A stretch of DNA of 64,000 nt from contig OZ024740.1 of the NCBI GenBank assembly GCA_964016885.1, positions 112,654,001-112,718,000 of the forward strand, given 5' to 3'. Below are positions 41,538 through 56,742 of this stretch, piece by piece. Numbering within the stretch: position 1 is the stretch's first letter; every line of letters begins with the position of its first letter. A model generated the notes under the pieces. The model saw only the letters and a list, made by a program, of their open reading frames with translations, did no database searches and was not told the DNA's origin. The position numbers and the translations under genes are program-made. This stretch comes from Eledone cirrhosa (lineage: Eukaryota).

Positions 41538-42466
41538 TCTGTATATATATAAAATTAAGTATGTGTGTGTGTGTCTGTGTGTCTGTGTATTACCTATAGG
41601 GGTAATCTTACAACCGATTTTCATGAAACTTTACAGGCTCATAGATTAGTCATGGGGGAGTGTTTTCTATATATCAGCGTATCGTATTTTTATTCTGCAG
41701 ATAAAAATCGATAGGGGGGGGGGGGGGTCCCCTTTTTTTAGGTATCGAAAAATAAGATTTTTGGCTCTAGCTCCCACATTTTCCCCCCAATTTTGTTCAA
41801 ATTTTAAAGCAAAATAGAATTTATCATTGCACATCCTGTAAGGCCTTTATATTTTGCATTTGTTGTTCAGGGACGGCATGGCAGCCGCTTAAATATTCTA
41901 AAATACCACTTTTAGACTAACATTTCCACTTTTTCGACTCTAGCTCCCACATTAATCAACCTACTTTGTTCAAATTATACACTACGCTAGATCTGATTAT
42001 TTTACGTCTTAAATTGGCTTTACATTTTGCATTTTCTGTTCAGGAACGGCGTGGCAGCCGCTTAAATATTCGAAAGTACCACCTTTTCGCTCAAATTTCC
42101 GCCTTTTCGGCTCTAGCTCCCACATTTTTCAACCGATTTCGTTCAAATTCGAAACTTCAGCTCCACCCCACACATAAATCAATTTATTTGGTTCAACTTT
42201 TATACTACGATAGAACCTATCATTGCACATCTTATAGTAGCTTTACACTTTGCATTTTTTGTTCAGGGACGGCGTGGCAGCCATTTAACTCTACAAAATA
42301 CAATTCTTTCCACCTCCCACATATTCCATACGATTTCACTCAACATTTCGCCATTTGCTACACCTTACGACCGATTTTTAAAAAACTCGCAGTCGCTTAG
42401 ATCAACACCTTTTCATCAAAGCAGATATTATTTTACCTACCCAGGCAACGCTGGGTACTGCTGCTA

Positions 42467-42467
<1 letters not shown>
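41538..42467 (+). mobile_element. Non-autonomous Helitron
   Basis: 5' TC-tgtatatatataaaa; 3' hairpin tacccag-gcaacg-ctgggta (42438-42457) then CTAG; inserted between A and T; internal ~173-bp repeats (ctctagctcccacatt x3). Confidence 0.88.
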
Positions 42468-42514
<47 letters not shown>

Positions 42515-42528
42515 TAAAATATATATAT

Positions 42529-42614
<86 letters not shown>

Positions 42615-42745
42615 GCAAAAGTTCTATTTAAAATTGTTGGGATACAACAAGTAAATATTTTTATAACTGATATAAAGCACTCGACAAGTATTTGGAGTAG
42701 ATATACGATATTAATAAATGGAAACTATATTTATAAAACCATATT

Positions 42746-42810
42746 TATTTCATTATACATATTTCAGGGATACCAAATTAAATTATGGTATGCCTTCATC
42801 AGACAAAATA
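42746..42810 (-). ncRNA. Minimal type I hammerhead motif (family A)
   Basis: Minus strand tattttgt-CTGATGA-aggcatacca..tggtatccct-GAAA-tatgta-TA-atgaaata. Confidence 0.75.
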
Positions 42811-42970
42811 CAATATATAACAGTTTTACAAATAAGCTTTGACGTACCCTATTAAAATGCAACCATTATTTTTGGAAGCCATCCGGATAGTGAGTTGTTT
42901 ATATTATTTTAATAAGTCATAGTGTGAAAGACAATTAGAAAAAGACGGAGAGAAAGAAAAAGAAAAAGAT

Positions 42971-43018
<48 letters not shown>

Positions 43019-43489
43019 GTATAATGCATGTATACCCTGAATAATTGAAGGCGCATGGCTGAGTGTTTAGAGCGTTAGACTCACAATCATGTAGTTGTGA
43101 GTTCGATTCCCTGATGGAGGTGATGTGATGTATTCTTAAGTAGGACACCTTACTTTCAAGTCGCTCCATTTCACTCGGCTGTAAAAATGAGTTGCGATGT
43201 CACTGGTGCCAAGCTGTATCCTTGGAGGACAACGGTTGCGTGGAGAGGGGTGACTGGTGTGCATGGGTGACTAGTTGTCTTCCTCAAAATCCACTTTGCC
43301 CGGTCTTGTGTCTCAGAGAGGATCTTTCTAGGTGCAAATCCTATCGTAATTCATGACCGAGGAGGTCATTATAATGTATATATGAAATGTAATCTTATGG
43401 GCGCCATCGTGAAATTTTGAAATCTCGAATGGTCCGACCTCTGTCAACGTTTGGACACCGCCAATTTCTTCCAGTGTGGGAAAATGAGC

Positions 43490-43553
<64 letters not shown>

Positions 43554-44547
43554 TGACTTCCGTACAGTGTAATGAAGCAGCCAATCCGCTTCCTGAATAT
43601 AAATTTTTTTATACTGAATTATTTTTCTTTTCATACGAGTCGTATGCCTTGCGATTACCAGGCGAGAATATAGGAATATGGGCTGGTTTCATATAGTTAT
43701 TTTCATTACACGAGTTTAGTCTATTAAAGTCGATTGTCTCTTAAATTTCTGATGCGGCAATCGGTTTGTGATAGGGACATTGATGTCATGTGTTTTACAT
43801 TTCTCTAGACATTTATTAACAGAGAAATCTCCTGTATCTCCTGTATGGAGGTGTTCTTTAATGTAGATGTGCATGTAGGAAAACATGGGCAGCATGTCCT
43901 TCAGAGGAAGGACTGGGTTAGTGGTAGTGTGGCACACAATATTGACTATGGGAGAGGCAGAAATGAGGATATTGAATTGCAAGTGTGAAAGGGATACGTG
44001 ACGATCTAATTTTAACAATAGCAATATACTTACATACATGTATACATATGCATGTATACATACATACATATATATATTTAATATAGAGATGGCTACTACA
44101 GGACTAGAACTGCTTCATTCGAAAGAAATCATCAGGAAAGTCAACAACTTAAGCTACTACCACCACTGTTGGTAATGCTAAGGTCAGCACTAAGAGAGAA
44201 AGAAAGAAAACTACGGACAAAAATGTAAACTTTCCTCCCTAAATATGTATGTAAAAACTAATTCTTTTCTCCATATTCTTATTTATCTTATTAATATGCA
44301 ATTTAATTGCATTATACACTTCCGTCGTTGAAAGAGCATATAAAGCTGAAACCGGTACAATTAATGCGGAAGTTCCTATTTTGTAAATAAATGTTTTGAT
44401 GTTATTCTGAGAGAAAATCCCTTTAGCATTTTCTACTGTTTTTTTTTCCTTTTAAGAGATGTCAACTTGAATTGACCTGTTATTTTTATCTACATTTTTC
44501 CAATTCCAACCCGCCCGTCCCCTCAATCTATCTTATTTCTCATTCTT

Positions 44548-44583
44548 TCTTCTGATGAAGGACTAGCGTCCGAAACGTTAAGA
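44548..44583 (+). ncRNA. Minimal type I hammerhead motif (family D, best copy)
   Basis: tctt-CTGATGA-a-ggac-tagc-gtcc-GAAAcgtt-aaga. Confidence 0.78.
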
Positions 44584-45135
44584 CCGTCTTCCTGCTATAT
44601 CAAACGTTAAACTAATATATCCCTTTCATATACTGTACCAATTGTGTTGTTATTTCTGTTTACCTTTTATATATATATATATATATATAGGAGTAAGTAA
44701 GACCCCGACGGCTGAGCTCAAGCCGTTTCGACGGCTAATTCTGTACTGCCAGTACAGAATTAGCCGTCGAAACGGCTTGAGCTCAGCCGTCGGGGTCTTA
44801 CTTACTCCTATTACCCACTCTACTACCCTAAGTATTGAGTACTTTGGTGCGTTATCGTCCACCTGGTTCCTTACCACTTTTCCTTCGCTATATATATATA
44901 TAAAAATATATATAGTAATAATAATAAATTTGAAGACTAAAATCCAAAGAGGGCTCGATAAGGATAAATATATATAAAATATATAAGAACCGAAGAGCAA
45001 ATATTTATTAAAATAACAGATTAAAGTTTAAGCAAAGAATCGCTGCTTTTACCCTTAACGGGATCTTCTGAAACTCAGCGATTCTTTGCTTAAACTTTAA
45101 TCTGTTATTTTAATAAATATATATATATATATGTA

Positions 45136-45282
<147 letters not shown>

Positions 45283-46174
45283 AAAGGAATATGAATTTGC
45301 AACCTCATTGTTAAACATTTGACTTTAAGTAGACTGGAAGTGATATTGCTGCAATTGTATTCTGGAGATTGGTTTGGTGTGTATCCAGTTGTGGTGTTTT
45401 GGTTATGATGAGATATTTTGGTTGCGATGTTATCCAAGCAATTGTAACTAACTTTTACGTTGTTCTCATTAAAGAGCTTATGTATTTATGATTTCAGGGA
45501 AAATAGAAAGAGAGCGAAAGAAATAGCGAGACAGAGATGTGAAGATGTGAAGATAGGAAGAAAGACTGAAAGAGAGAGATAGAGAGAGGGAGAGAGTAGA
45601 GGAGAGAGTGGGAAGAGAGGATAGAGATAGGGGGAAGAGAGGGGAGAGAAAGTGGAATAGAAGAAACAAAATGGATGGTACAGTAAGCGGCAATTTCATC
45701 CTATTAGTGTAAAGATACTATGTAGTTTAGCTGTCAAAGTTTAAAGAGAAAACTAAAATAATTGTATGATTTATGGAGAAAATTTAAGATTTTTATGACT
45801 TTTAATTAATTGACATATATCCTTCTTTGTTTATTTTTCCATACATTATAACACTACTAACAACATAAAAACTGTAAGAATATATACACATGTTTATATA
45901 TGATCGAAATTTATACACACATCATAGATATACATTGAATCATAAGGATTCTATCATACACATATATGGATATAGATAGAAATTTATGAATGTCGTTTTA
46001 TATGCCTCTGTATATACATCAGTTAAACTTTCTGTCCGCCTGTCTGTCCGTTTATCTATTTATCTATCTGTTATTTTTTTTTCTATATGGTTGTCTATTA
46101 GTCAATCTCTACCTCTCCCTCGCTCGCCATTTATAGAACATTATATCAATATCATCACACACAGAAACACACTT

Positions 46175-46230
<56 letters not shown>

Positions 46231-47280
46231 AAGTGTTAAAACGATCAAATTTTAGTTTAGAACAAATAAATGTTCTAAACTTAAATTTGATCGTTTTAAC
46301 ACTTTGTATCTCGGCTCTGTAAAACACTTGAACATTTATTTGCATTGAGCCTTTTGTCATACCGGTAACCGGCTAGTACTTAGTACTACCCTCCATATTT
46401 ATAGTGGTATTAAACATATATAAATATAAATATTCTTATTACTATATATATCACTGATGAGGGACTAATTTTATAATATGTAATCCATGTGCAACCATGC
46501 AGTATTCTTCTCCCCATATTTTTCATATATTTACCGAAACTGCGATTCTCTGTTTCTCTCTTTCTCTCTTATTGCTCCCTCGTTCTCTCTGTTTCTCTTA
46601 CTTTCTTTCGTCCCCTCTGTCAGTTAACACTTTCTCTCGACTGACCTCTTCCTCGCACCTCCACCCACTCACTCTCTGTTTCTCCCCTTCTCACTTCCTC
46701 CCGTTCGCTAGGAGTCGGATTTTCCTTCTTTCTCACATCCCATTCACAGCGAAAGGTCCGTTTGCTACACGCTCATGAATTCACCCAGTTTATGCTGATC
46801 GAATAACCATGTTGCTTGTTTTTCTTTCCATCGTCGGTTAGCTTTCCCTTCGTGTTGTTTACTTGTCTCACTCGCTTTTCGCGTTTCACTTGTCCCAATA
46901 ACTTATTTTAGTTATTGCTCGCACCAACGTGAGGTATATGATTTTTAATGCAATGAAATACCAATGATCGTTGGAAAATCACTGATGAGGGACTAATTTT
47001 ATAATATGTAATCCATGTGCAACCATGCAGTATTCTTCTCCCCATATTTTTCATATATATATATATATATATATATGGCTGACTAAACACACACGTGCTT
47101 TGCTCCTGAAAAAAAAATTTCCGTTTCTTCCTTTTCTTATTCTCGCTTATTCTTCTATTTCTTCGAGCTCTACCTTCCAATGAAAGTTTAACGTCCGAAA
47201 CGTGAAGGCCATTTCCCTACTATTTCAAGCGTTCCGTATATCATTATTGTTCTGTATTATTGTTTTTGCTTTGTTGACAT

Positions 47281-47376
<96 letters not shown>

Positions 47377-49068
47377 ACACTGACATATATTATTCTATAT
47401 CCTACATGCAGCTTGCAAGGGGGGACATACCATTCATCAGCTATCAACTGGAGATCTCAACGGTTTCGCCTCTTTCCGATAGTATCGTTCTCTCTAGCGG
47501 TGCCAAGCACCATTGATGTTAGAAAATGTCTGAGTTTTATGATCCCCTCTATAGCAAGAATTTCCTAGTTATCCAAGTCGCTATCAAGGAACCGTAATGC
47601 TGTGGCAACCATTTCTATCATTCAGGTATTATAATGTTTATTTCTTATAATATCGGTATTATTTGGCAGTTTCAGTAGAAGGTCGGAAGCCATGCTTTGA
47701 AGCATAGAGTTACGCCCTTTATGGTCTGAGTTCAAATCCCGCCGAGGTTAACTTATCCTTTCATCCTTACGGGGTCGATAAAATAAAGTACCAGTAATGC
47801 TCTGGGACAATTGCTGGCCTTGTGCCAAAAGTAGAAACAATTATAATGTTTATTTCTTGCTTATATTATGTTCTCTAAAGTCAGTATTGGTCTTACACAT
47901 AAATCCTTCTGGCAAATCCATAATGAAGTTTTTTTCCCGCCTCCGGCTCAGGTTTTACCTCCCTTTCCACTTCCATTTCTGACCAGGTAGAGGATAGTGG
48001 ATCTAGCCACAGCTTCCCGACACTCCACTTCAACTGCAAGCAATGTACACTGTTATCCTTGACAACCACGCTACTCCTTTTTAGTTCTTCTATATCCAAA
48101 GAATTGCAAACTCATCAATCAGGACCTTTTTTGTCGATTCAAACCCCGCCATAAAGGGTTGTTATATCAATATGCTTTGAGAATATAAGCACCATTTTAC
48201 GTTAGTCTGTTTTTCCAAAACATGGACGCCTCGCAGACGTCTGGGTATCAATGTTCATTTTTCCCTCTTGCGTTTTCCTTTCTTACCTTCCTTGTAGAAG
48301 ACAACAGGATGCAACCTTGCATTCAAACGCTGCGTTGTTTTTGTAATGCATCAATGAGAGGATTCAGAAGGGGCCTCGTTTGCCTTAAAAATGTGAGGGG
48401 GACAAACCAACATTTGTTGATTCTTAAAGGTGTATGTTAGTATTACTTATGGTGCCTTTCCCGGACCCTATCACATAAGTCAAATTTTACGCTAATTAAA
48501 TTTCATATATTCAAATGAATTCGAATATAAAAAAATAAGCTTAAAAAGAATTTATTATATCAAAATAAATAAAAAATAAAACATAGAAGTTTGAAAAAAT
48601 TGGGGGGACTTGTCCCCTTGTAACCCCACTGAAAGAAGGTCCTTGGGATTCAGGACTTAGTTGTGCTGCGAAGGGTCCCCTGTCAGAACATATTCGAATG
48701 ACACAGCAATATCTCTCTGTTCTCAACGTCTTGTTGTATTTACTCTCTGTAAGATGGAGTAAATAGAACAAGATCAACTTGAACATGAGACACAGAGGAA
48801 CACGCATAGTCATTGAGAAGGTCAGAGAATGTGTGACGAAAAAGCTTTTATAATTAAATATGGCTATTAAATAAGCATGCACTTACTAAACTTACCGAGG
48901 GATGGATTAGTTCCCTAATAATGAAACGGAAATAAACTCAACTGGTGCTTGTGTTTAATTTTGTCAGTATGACCGCCCAACCAAAGTATAACAATCTCTC
49001 TCTCTCTCTCACTCACTCTCTCTACCTCTCTCTTCCCCTCTCTCTCTCTCTATATATATATGTATGTA

Positions 49069-49267
<199 letters not shown>

Positions 49268-49527
49268 TCTACGGGACTGGTACCGGGAAAACCAACAATC
49301 AAAGAATAAACTCGATACATGGTAAGATGCAGAGTGGGTATATTAGTGAAAGTAGAGGATCTACCGCGAGCTCAGCGTTTTCGGCTAGAAGATGTGACTA
49401 ACCGAAACTGCCGAGCTCGCGGTAGATCCTCTACGTTCACTAACACACACACAAATACACAAGCGTTAGCCTAATATATCCCTTCCATATACTGTACCGA
49501 TTGTGTTGTTATTTCTGTTTACCATTT

Positions 49528-49621
<94 letters not shown>

Positions 49622-49797
49622 CGAAGGAAGTGTGGTTAGGAACCAGGTGGACCATAACGCACCAGAGTACTCAATACTTAGAGCATTAGAGTGGGTAATA
49701 GGAAAATGTTCAAGACCCCGACGGCAGAGCTGAACTGAGTTTAGAAATACCCGTCGAAACGGCTTGAGCTCTGCCGTTGGGGTCTTGAACATTTTCC

Positions 49798-49840
<43 letters not shown>

Positions 49841-49862
49841 TTATACACACACACACACACAC

Positions 49863-49893
<31 letters not shown>

Positions 49894-50816
49894 AGCGCCG
49901 AAACATCTAAGATCCGTAGTAAACAGCTGACGAAAGGAAACTTTTCTTCTCTTGTATATGTCCCGATTACCTTGTAACACTTCGTTTTCAGTAACCACAC
50001 AGCCTCGCCTCCTACACTTGTATATATATATATATATATATATATTTAGGTATAGGATTATCCAAGATGTAGTAATGGTTAATTACTACACTGGATATGG
50101 TTGACGTACGGTAAGAGGTTACTCTACGAGTTATGGAAGAATTGTTCAAGAAACTTAGTTCCTGATCCTTCGGTATTCCGGAGTGTATATATATATATAT
50201 ATGTAATTATTTAGTTATTCCCCAGGTTTGGAAGAAAGGGCTGTCCCCTTCACTTTTGCAGGCCTTCTGCGACCGATGAGATTGATAAACTTTAGGTGCT
50301 GTACTGCATATTGCATCGCCCTCAAATTTCTAGATGGAATGACAAAATAGATAAATTTTCTCCATTTGGCTCTCTGTCTATTTAGTTTTATTTTGTTCAC
50401 GCTATAAGTATAGAATTTGAACTGTACAGGTTTTAAAGAGAAATGAAGTGTTTGTCTTGCGCCTTAATTCTTGGCTCCCTAGCCAAGTAAAACGAGAAAA
50501 TTACGATTGAGTGGATCTGTAAAATTTCCTTAGAAAATAGGAAAGGAAAAAGAGGAAAAGATTTTTGTTTTTATGAAATGAATGTTTTTGGCAAGTCACC
50601 CAAAAATTAATTGATTTGAAAAAAGTATAAAATAAATATAACAACAGTAAAATAAAAGATAAAAGTAAAAATGTCGAATATTTATATAGGTTTAATCTGG
50701 CAACAAAACCAAGTATATATGCATATCACACAAACAGACGAACAAACACATACACACACATATATATTATATATATATATATATGTACTTATATATGTAT
50801 ATATACTTATATATAC

Positions 50817-50899
<83 letters not shown>

Positions 50900-51376
50900 T
50901 ATATATATATATATATATATATATAATACGTGCGTGTGTGTATGTGTTTATATGTATATACATACACACGCGTATATACACACTTTAAAAAGTATATTAA
51001 TGAAACTCCTTAGTTAGCTTTTGTAACAAGTGAGTCAGAAATGTTTCAAAGAAAAACTAACACACACACACACACATATATATATACATATATATATATA
51101 TCTATACACTAAAACAGATATTAATATTTTAAATGTTTCATAGACACGCACACACAGGTACACATATATATATATATATGTATACACACACGCACACACT
51201 TATGTATATGGTTATATATCATAAAATGTCCGTTTTGTATATGTAGATATAAAAAAAAAGAGTTTATTGAGAAAGAACCCAAAACGTATATGTACTTTTG
51301 TAATACAGCCATATATATATATATACATATACACACACACACACATATATATATATACACATATATATATATACAC

Positions 51377-51422
<46 letters not shown>

Positions 51423-51496
51423 ATATATATATATATACACATATATTTATATATATATATATTATATATATATATATATATACAAGTGTAAGCTTA

Positions 51497-51532
<36 letters not shown>

Positions 51533-51870
51533 CAAAATCGACATACAATTAGGAATGAGTAGTAAAGTACTCAATAAGGGTAGGACCTCAGAGTAATAAC
51601 ATTACGTTTAGATAGCTTGACAAATTAAAAATTGCGACAGGCAAAACCCAGCCATACAGTACCAAAACAACGAATATATATATATATATATATATGTAGA
51701 TAAATCTACCAAGAGTTTACGGTAGTGTCCAATCCGTATGAAGAACTCAATGTATTCCGGATATCATGGAAAGAAGAGATGTAATGAAAAATCACTTTCG
51801 GTGAAAGATAAACGGTATACAGAGTCAAGATAAAATATTAAACAAATAATTCATTATTTGTTTAATATTT

Positions 51871-51959
<89 letters not shown>

Positions 51960-51963
<4 letters not shown>

Positions 51964-52294
51964 GAACAAAGGTTTATTAGTTTCACGCTCTTGAGAGTGG
52001 GGTGGTGGTGGGGAACGACTTTTCGGGCAGAAGCCCTTCTTCAGGTGAAAAGTGTGTGGGAAGAGAGTTCCAAGGGTGTGTAGGGGAGTGGTGGAGAGAC
52101 ATATAGCAAAAAGGGGTGAGAGGAAACGGTGCAAATGAAATTAAAATAAAGGCATGTTCAAAATAAAATTAAAATGGAGTGAAACAGGTGGTGGAAGGGT
52201 GTGGGGCGTGTAGGGGTGGTGGCGGCTGGAGTGAGGAGAGGGAGACGGGGTGTCCGAGCGGGGAGGGCTGAAGGTGGTGTGTGTATGTAGGTGT

Positions 52295-52333
<39 letters not shown>

Positions 52334-53783
52334 TAAGAGCTGGGGGAAGAACGGGGTTGCATGTTCAGGAAGAGGTGCGTGTGGTGTGGGGTGTAGGTCG
52401 GAGTGTGTGTGCGTGTGTGGATAGAGGGGTGGGGGGAGAGGATTCCGGAGGCTGAATGTGTACATATGTGGTGGTACGCACGTGTGTGTGTGGTGTTTAT
52501 GCGTGTTGTGGATGTAGGTGGCGTGTGGGGAAAAATGTTTTTTCTGGGTGTATGTCCGTGGGTGAGTCGTTAAGGTAATTCCGTAGACGGTGGGGTGGAA
52601 TGCTGAGTAATATCCTTGGGATGTGGTCGATTCTCGGGATAAAGGTGCACATATGTGTAATCCGTGAAGAGATTGGTCGGAAGAGGGGAGATGTGGGGTG
52701 CGCGCGCAACAGGAAGTGGTCAGAGGGTCAAGGCAGGAGGAGGGTTGTGTGTCTGTGTGTGCCGGGAGGTGGTCAGAGAGGCATAGCAGCAGTAGGGTAG
52801 AATGGTAAGTGAAGAAAGTCGGTGTGTCGGTGTGTGCGGAGGTGCGGTGGACAGGGGAGAGGATGGGTAGGTGTGAAAGTTGGAGTGAGGAGGGGGTGTG
52901 TGTGTATTAGTAGAGGTGTTAGTGGGATGTGTGTGTGTTTGAGAAAGGGTGTGGGTGGAGCGGGGAGAGAAGGGTGTGGGGGCCGATGGAGGGAGTGTAG
53001 TGTACTGGTGTGTGTGTGCGTGTTTGGATGAGTGTGTGTGTGGTGAAGGGGGTGTTAGTGGGTGTTAGTATACTGGAGGTGGAGAAAGGGTTGAATGCGG
53101 GTGTGAGTGGGGGTCAGTGGTGGTAGAGTGTGTAGAGTGGGTGGTGTAAGAGGGTGTGTGTGTTCGTGTGCGTAGGGTTGGGGGGGTGTTAGTGATGTTA
53201 GTTGCGTGTAGAGTGGGTGGTGTAAGTGGGTGCGTGTGTTCGTGTGCTTGGGGTCGGGGGGTGTTAGTGATGTTAGTTTCGGGGTGGTGGGGTGGATGTG
53301 TGGGGGTGAGGGTTAGTGGTGGTAGTAGGGTGTGTGTTTAGTGTGAGCGCGTGTATATATGTACCGGTGGGTGTGTGCGTGTGATAAGGAGGGGGGAGAG
53401 AAGAAGGGAGGGATGTTAGTATGTTAGTTGGGGAAGGGTGGTCGGGTGTGATGTGGAGGTGTTAGTATTGTTAGTTGTGGGGTGGGCGGTGAAAAGGAGG
53501 GTGTGTTAGTGGTGTTAGTGGGGGATATGTGTGGGGGGAGGGGGCGGTCGAAGGCTAAAGGAATAAGGGTGGGGAGTTCAGGCCGGGGGGGAGTGTGGGT
53601 CTGTAGGGTGAAGATGGTTCGTTGTTGGACCCTGAGGAGAGTGGCGGGTGTTCCGTGGCAATGGAGTAGGCCACAGACTGTGAGGTTGTGTGCGGAATGT
53701 CCAGGGGCACCAAAGTGGCGGGCGATGGGGGAACTACCACCGAGACGAATATCCCGGAGGTGTTCAGTAAATCTGTCCGCCAG
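51960..53783 (-). mobile_element. Penelope-like element, 5'-truncated: GIY-YIG C-terminus, long C-rich 3' region, hammerhead motif
   Basis: Minus strand from 53783 reads LADRFTEHLRDIRLGGSSPIARHFGAPGHSAHNLTVCGLLHCHG..IFTLQTHTP/PGLNSPPLFL* (one extra C in a C7 run). CTGAAGA-a-gggc-ttct-gccc-GAAA-ag-TC at 52014-52047; AATAAA at 51973-51978; (TA)n on both sides. Confidence 0.9.
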
Positions 53784-54043
53784 ATATATATATATATATA
53801 TATATATAAATCCGCTTTTACTTGTGGCCTAATTTTGCGTGTGCGTCACTTCAACGGCTTGACCGCATGCGTTGGGCAGTATGCGAAATATTGACTTACT
53901 ATGAGGTTTTGCACTCTTATAGTATGGAAATAGCTGTCTGAAGATCTAATTCTTTCCATTGGAAATTCTATGGATTTCCCATCTTTTAAATCGTTTTTTA
54001 ATTTATTTAAAAGATTGTTTGATAATTGCTTGCTCCGCTCATT

Positions 54044-54105
<62 letters not shown>

Positions 54106-54316
54106 CACACACATATATATAGATATTTTTTTTATTTCCATTTTTTTTATTTCCTTGAGTTTTTTCTTTTTTTATTGTCTTTACTCCGTTTATTCTACAT
54201 TCCGAATTCTTTTAATCCCGATGAAGGGCCTATGCCCGACAAGCTGATTGTTTAACTCTCTTTTAAGCGTGAAGAAACTAATAAGACTTTATGTTTATAC
54301 ATCTTCTCGTTGGTTT

Positions 54317-54412
<96 letters not shown>

Positions 54413-54414
<2 letters not shown>

Positions 54415-54460
54415 GAGCCTGGATTGAAAAGTTCATAGCCTGACCTGAGAAGGCATGCAT
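54413..54460 (+). mobile_element. Possible mariner terminal fragment
   Basis: ta-cgag..ttgaaaagttcatagcc resembles mariner TIRs; no partner TIR seen. Confidence 0.35.
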
Positions 54461-54544
54461 ATTCCATGAGTGTATCTTGGTTAGCCTCGGGAGTTTCAGC
54501 AGACATTTCATATATATATATATATACACTGGGTTTATATTTCG

Positions 54545-54850
54545 ATATAAATATTTGCCCTTTCTTATATTGATATCAAGTGGACAGCTGACTTCTACAG
54601 CACAGCAGTCTTTTAATGTGTGACTCCAAACAATAATATCAGGCCGGTTGTGTTTTAGTTTGGTGGTTTTTATTTTTAGGTTCCATCACTATTCCTTTCA
54701 ACCACCTGTCTCAACATATTCCTCCTTCTTTGTTTTTAGATTTGTCTTCCATAGTGCATTCCAGATTGTTTTGGCTTCCACATCATGCCTCATAGAGCGG
54801 TAGTAGCGAGAGGACATTCTTTCACAGTTGGGAATAATCTGGCTCACACA
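54545..54850 (-). mobile_element. Diverged R4/Dong-clade fragment
   Basis: CERMSSRYYRSMRHDV.AKTIWNAL, followed by KHNRPDIIVW homologous to 10230-10500. Confidence 0.85.
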
Positions 54851-55579
54851 GTCACAATATTTTTTATAATACACTTCTACATAAACCAACACTGTTGATG
54901 CAGCATGGCCGAAAGGCTAGGAAGCTTGCTTCGCAATCATTTGTTCGGAGTTCGATTTCACTGCTTAACACCATGGATATATACTATAACCTCGGGGCGA
55001 CCCATATCTTGTGAATAAAAGTAGGAAGACGGAAACCGTTTGGAAGCCTATTGGATGAAATATACCTGTAATTAAAAAATGCCAACCTTGTACTGACTCT
55101 ACATGAAAATTACGTTATGGGTAGAAATGTTTATAGAATGTTCAGCCTTTTACACGTTGATTTCAGGAACTGTTTGTTCCTTTGATCGAATCTACTGGAA
55201 TAGCCATCATCGTATCCAATGTAGGTCCAACACACATACATATATACATATTGTATGTGTATAAAAGTTCTAGTTAAAATCTGCCCCAGACCCAGAGACT
55301 CCTCAGTCCGCCGCTTAACCCGGCTTTGGCGTTAAGTGGCTGAGGCTGAAAGACTCCATCACTGGACAAGACACAACCGATCGAAAATTGCTGCGACTTA
55401 TTTTAAGCTGAATGGGTTGGAGCAACGTGAAATGAAGTGCTTTGCTCGGGAACACAACGCGCCATCCAGTTCAAGAATCGAACACACGACACAAGGATCG
55501 CTAGTTCAACACCCCAACTACTTACTCTAACGTTTTCATTTACAAAGTCGCAATTTCCTTCGCTAACACGCTTCTACAC

Positions 55580-55735
55580 ACATCAACACCAACACCAACA
55601 CCAACATCAACACCAACACTAACACCAACATCAGCACCAACACCAACATCAACACCATCCTCGACTCTATCACCAACACCAACACCAACATCAATACCAA
55701 CACCATCCTCGACTCCACCACCAACACTAACCATT
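55580..55735. repeat. (ACCAAC)n hexamer repeat
   Basis: Direct reading. Confidence 0.9.
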
Positions 55736-56333
55736 ATCACTAATACTGAAAATAGAACATCAATTTTAACAAAAAGAAAAAGAATGAATAGTTATCTTGA
55801 AGATAACCAATCCAAAATTAATTTTGGTTATTTCGTGTTACCTTCTTTACACCCTATGGATATATTCGGTGTAGCTACTTATTTATTTATTTACTAGATT
55901 TAGTTATTTATCTAGATATTACCTTCGACTTTTTTCTGACAATATCCGCAAAGATAAAAGATGATAGGCTCTTGTAAAACCAAACAAAGTAAACATTAAA
56001 ATATATATTTAAAAACTGGACTAAATAATTTATCTATTCACGAACTCAATAACCTTAACAAGATAAAAATAAATGTTAAGAATATAAAAATACAGAAAAA
56101 CAAACAAAAATCAATAAGAAAAAAACCTGTTGTTCAGTTCTTTATTTCCAAGAAATGAAAATGTCCGGCAGTTTAATTCACAGCAGTGGCCGTCGAAAGA
56201 AAGGTGTTCTCAGCCCAAGAGGAATTTATTTATTAAATTTTATTTTTTGAAAAATACACCTTTAGATTTTTTCTCATATGTTAACTGGATTTATATAGTT
56301 CTCCACAAATACACACATACACCTAGACGTTTG

Positions 56334-56367
<34 letters not shown>

Positions 56368-56453
56368 AATGTGTGTGTATGTGTGTGTGTGTATGCATAT
56401 ATATATATATATATATATATATACCCACACACACACACACACATATATATATA

Positions 56454-56490
<37 letters not shown>

Positions 56491-56704
56491 GCATACACAC
56501 ACATACACACATACACACATACACACACATTAATATATATATATAAACACACGCACACACATACATACACACACATATATGTGTAACTTTCATACCATTA
56601 ATAGATTATTTTCAAAGACTTCTCATTCATATTTCAAATCAGCAGGGTTACTCAATACTGCCTGTAAGACATTTAACACTGATAAATATAATAATTTAGG
56701 AAAT

Positions 56705-56742
<38 letters not shown>

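Noticed and set aside
47893-48099. ORF with faint resemblance to a BEL/Pao C-terminus
   Set aside because: No diagnostic motifs or LTRs.
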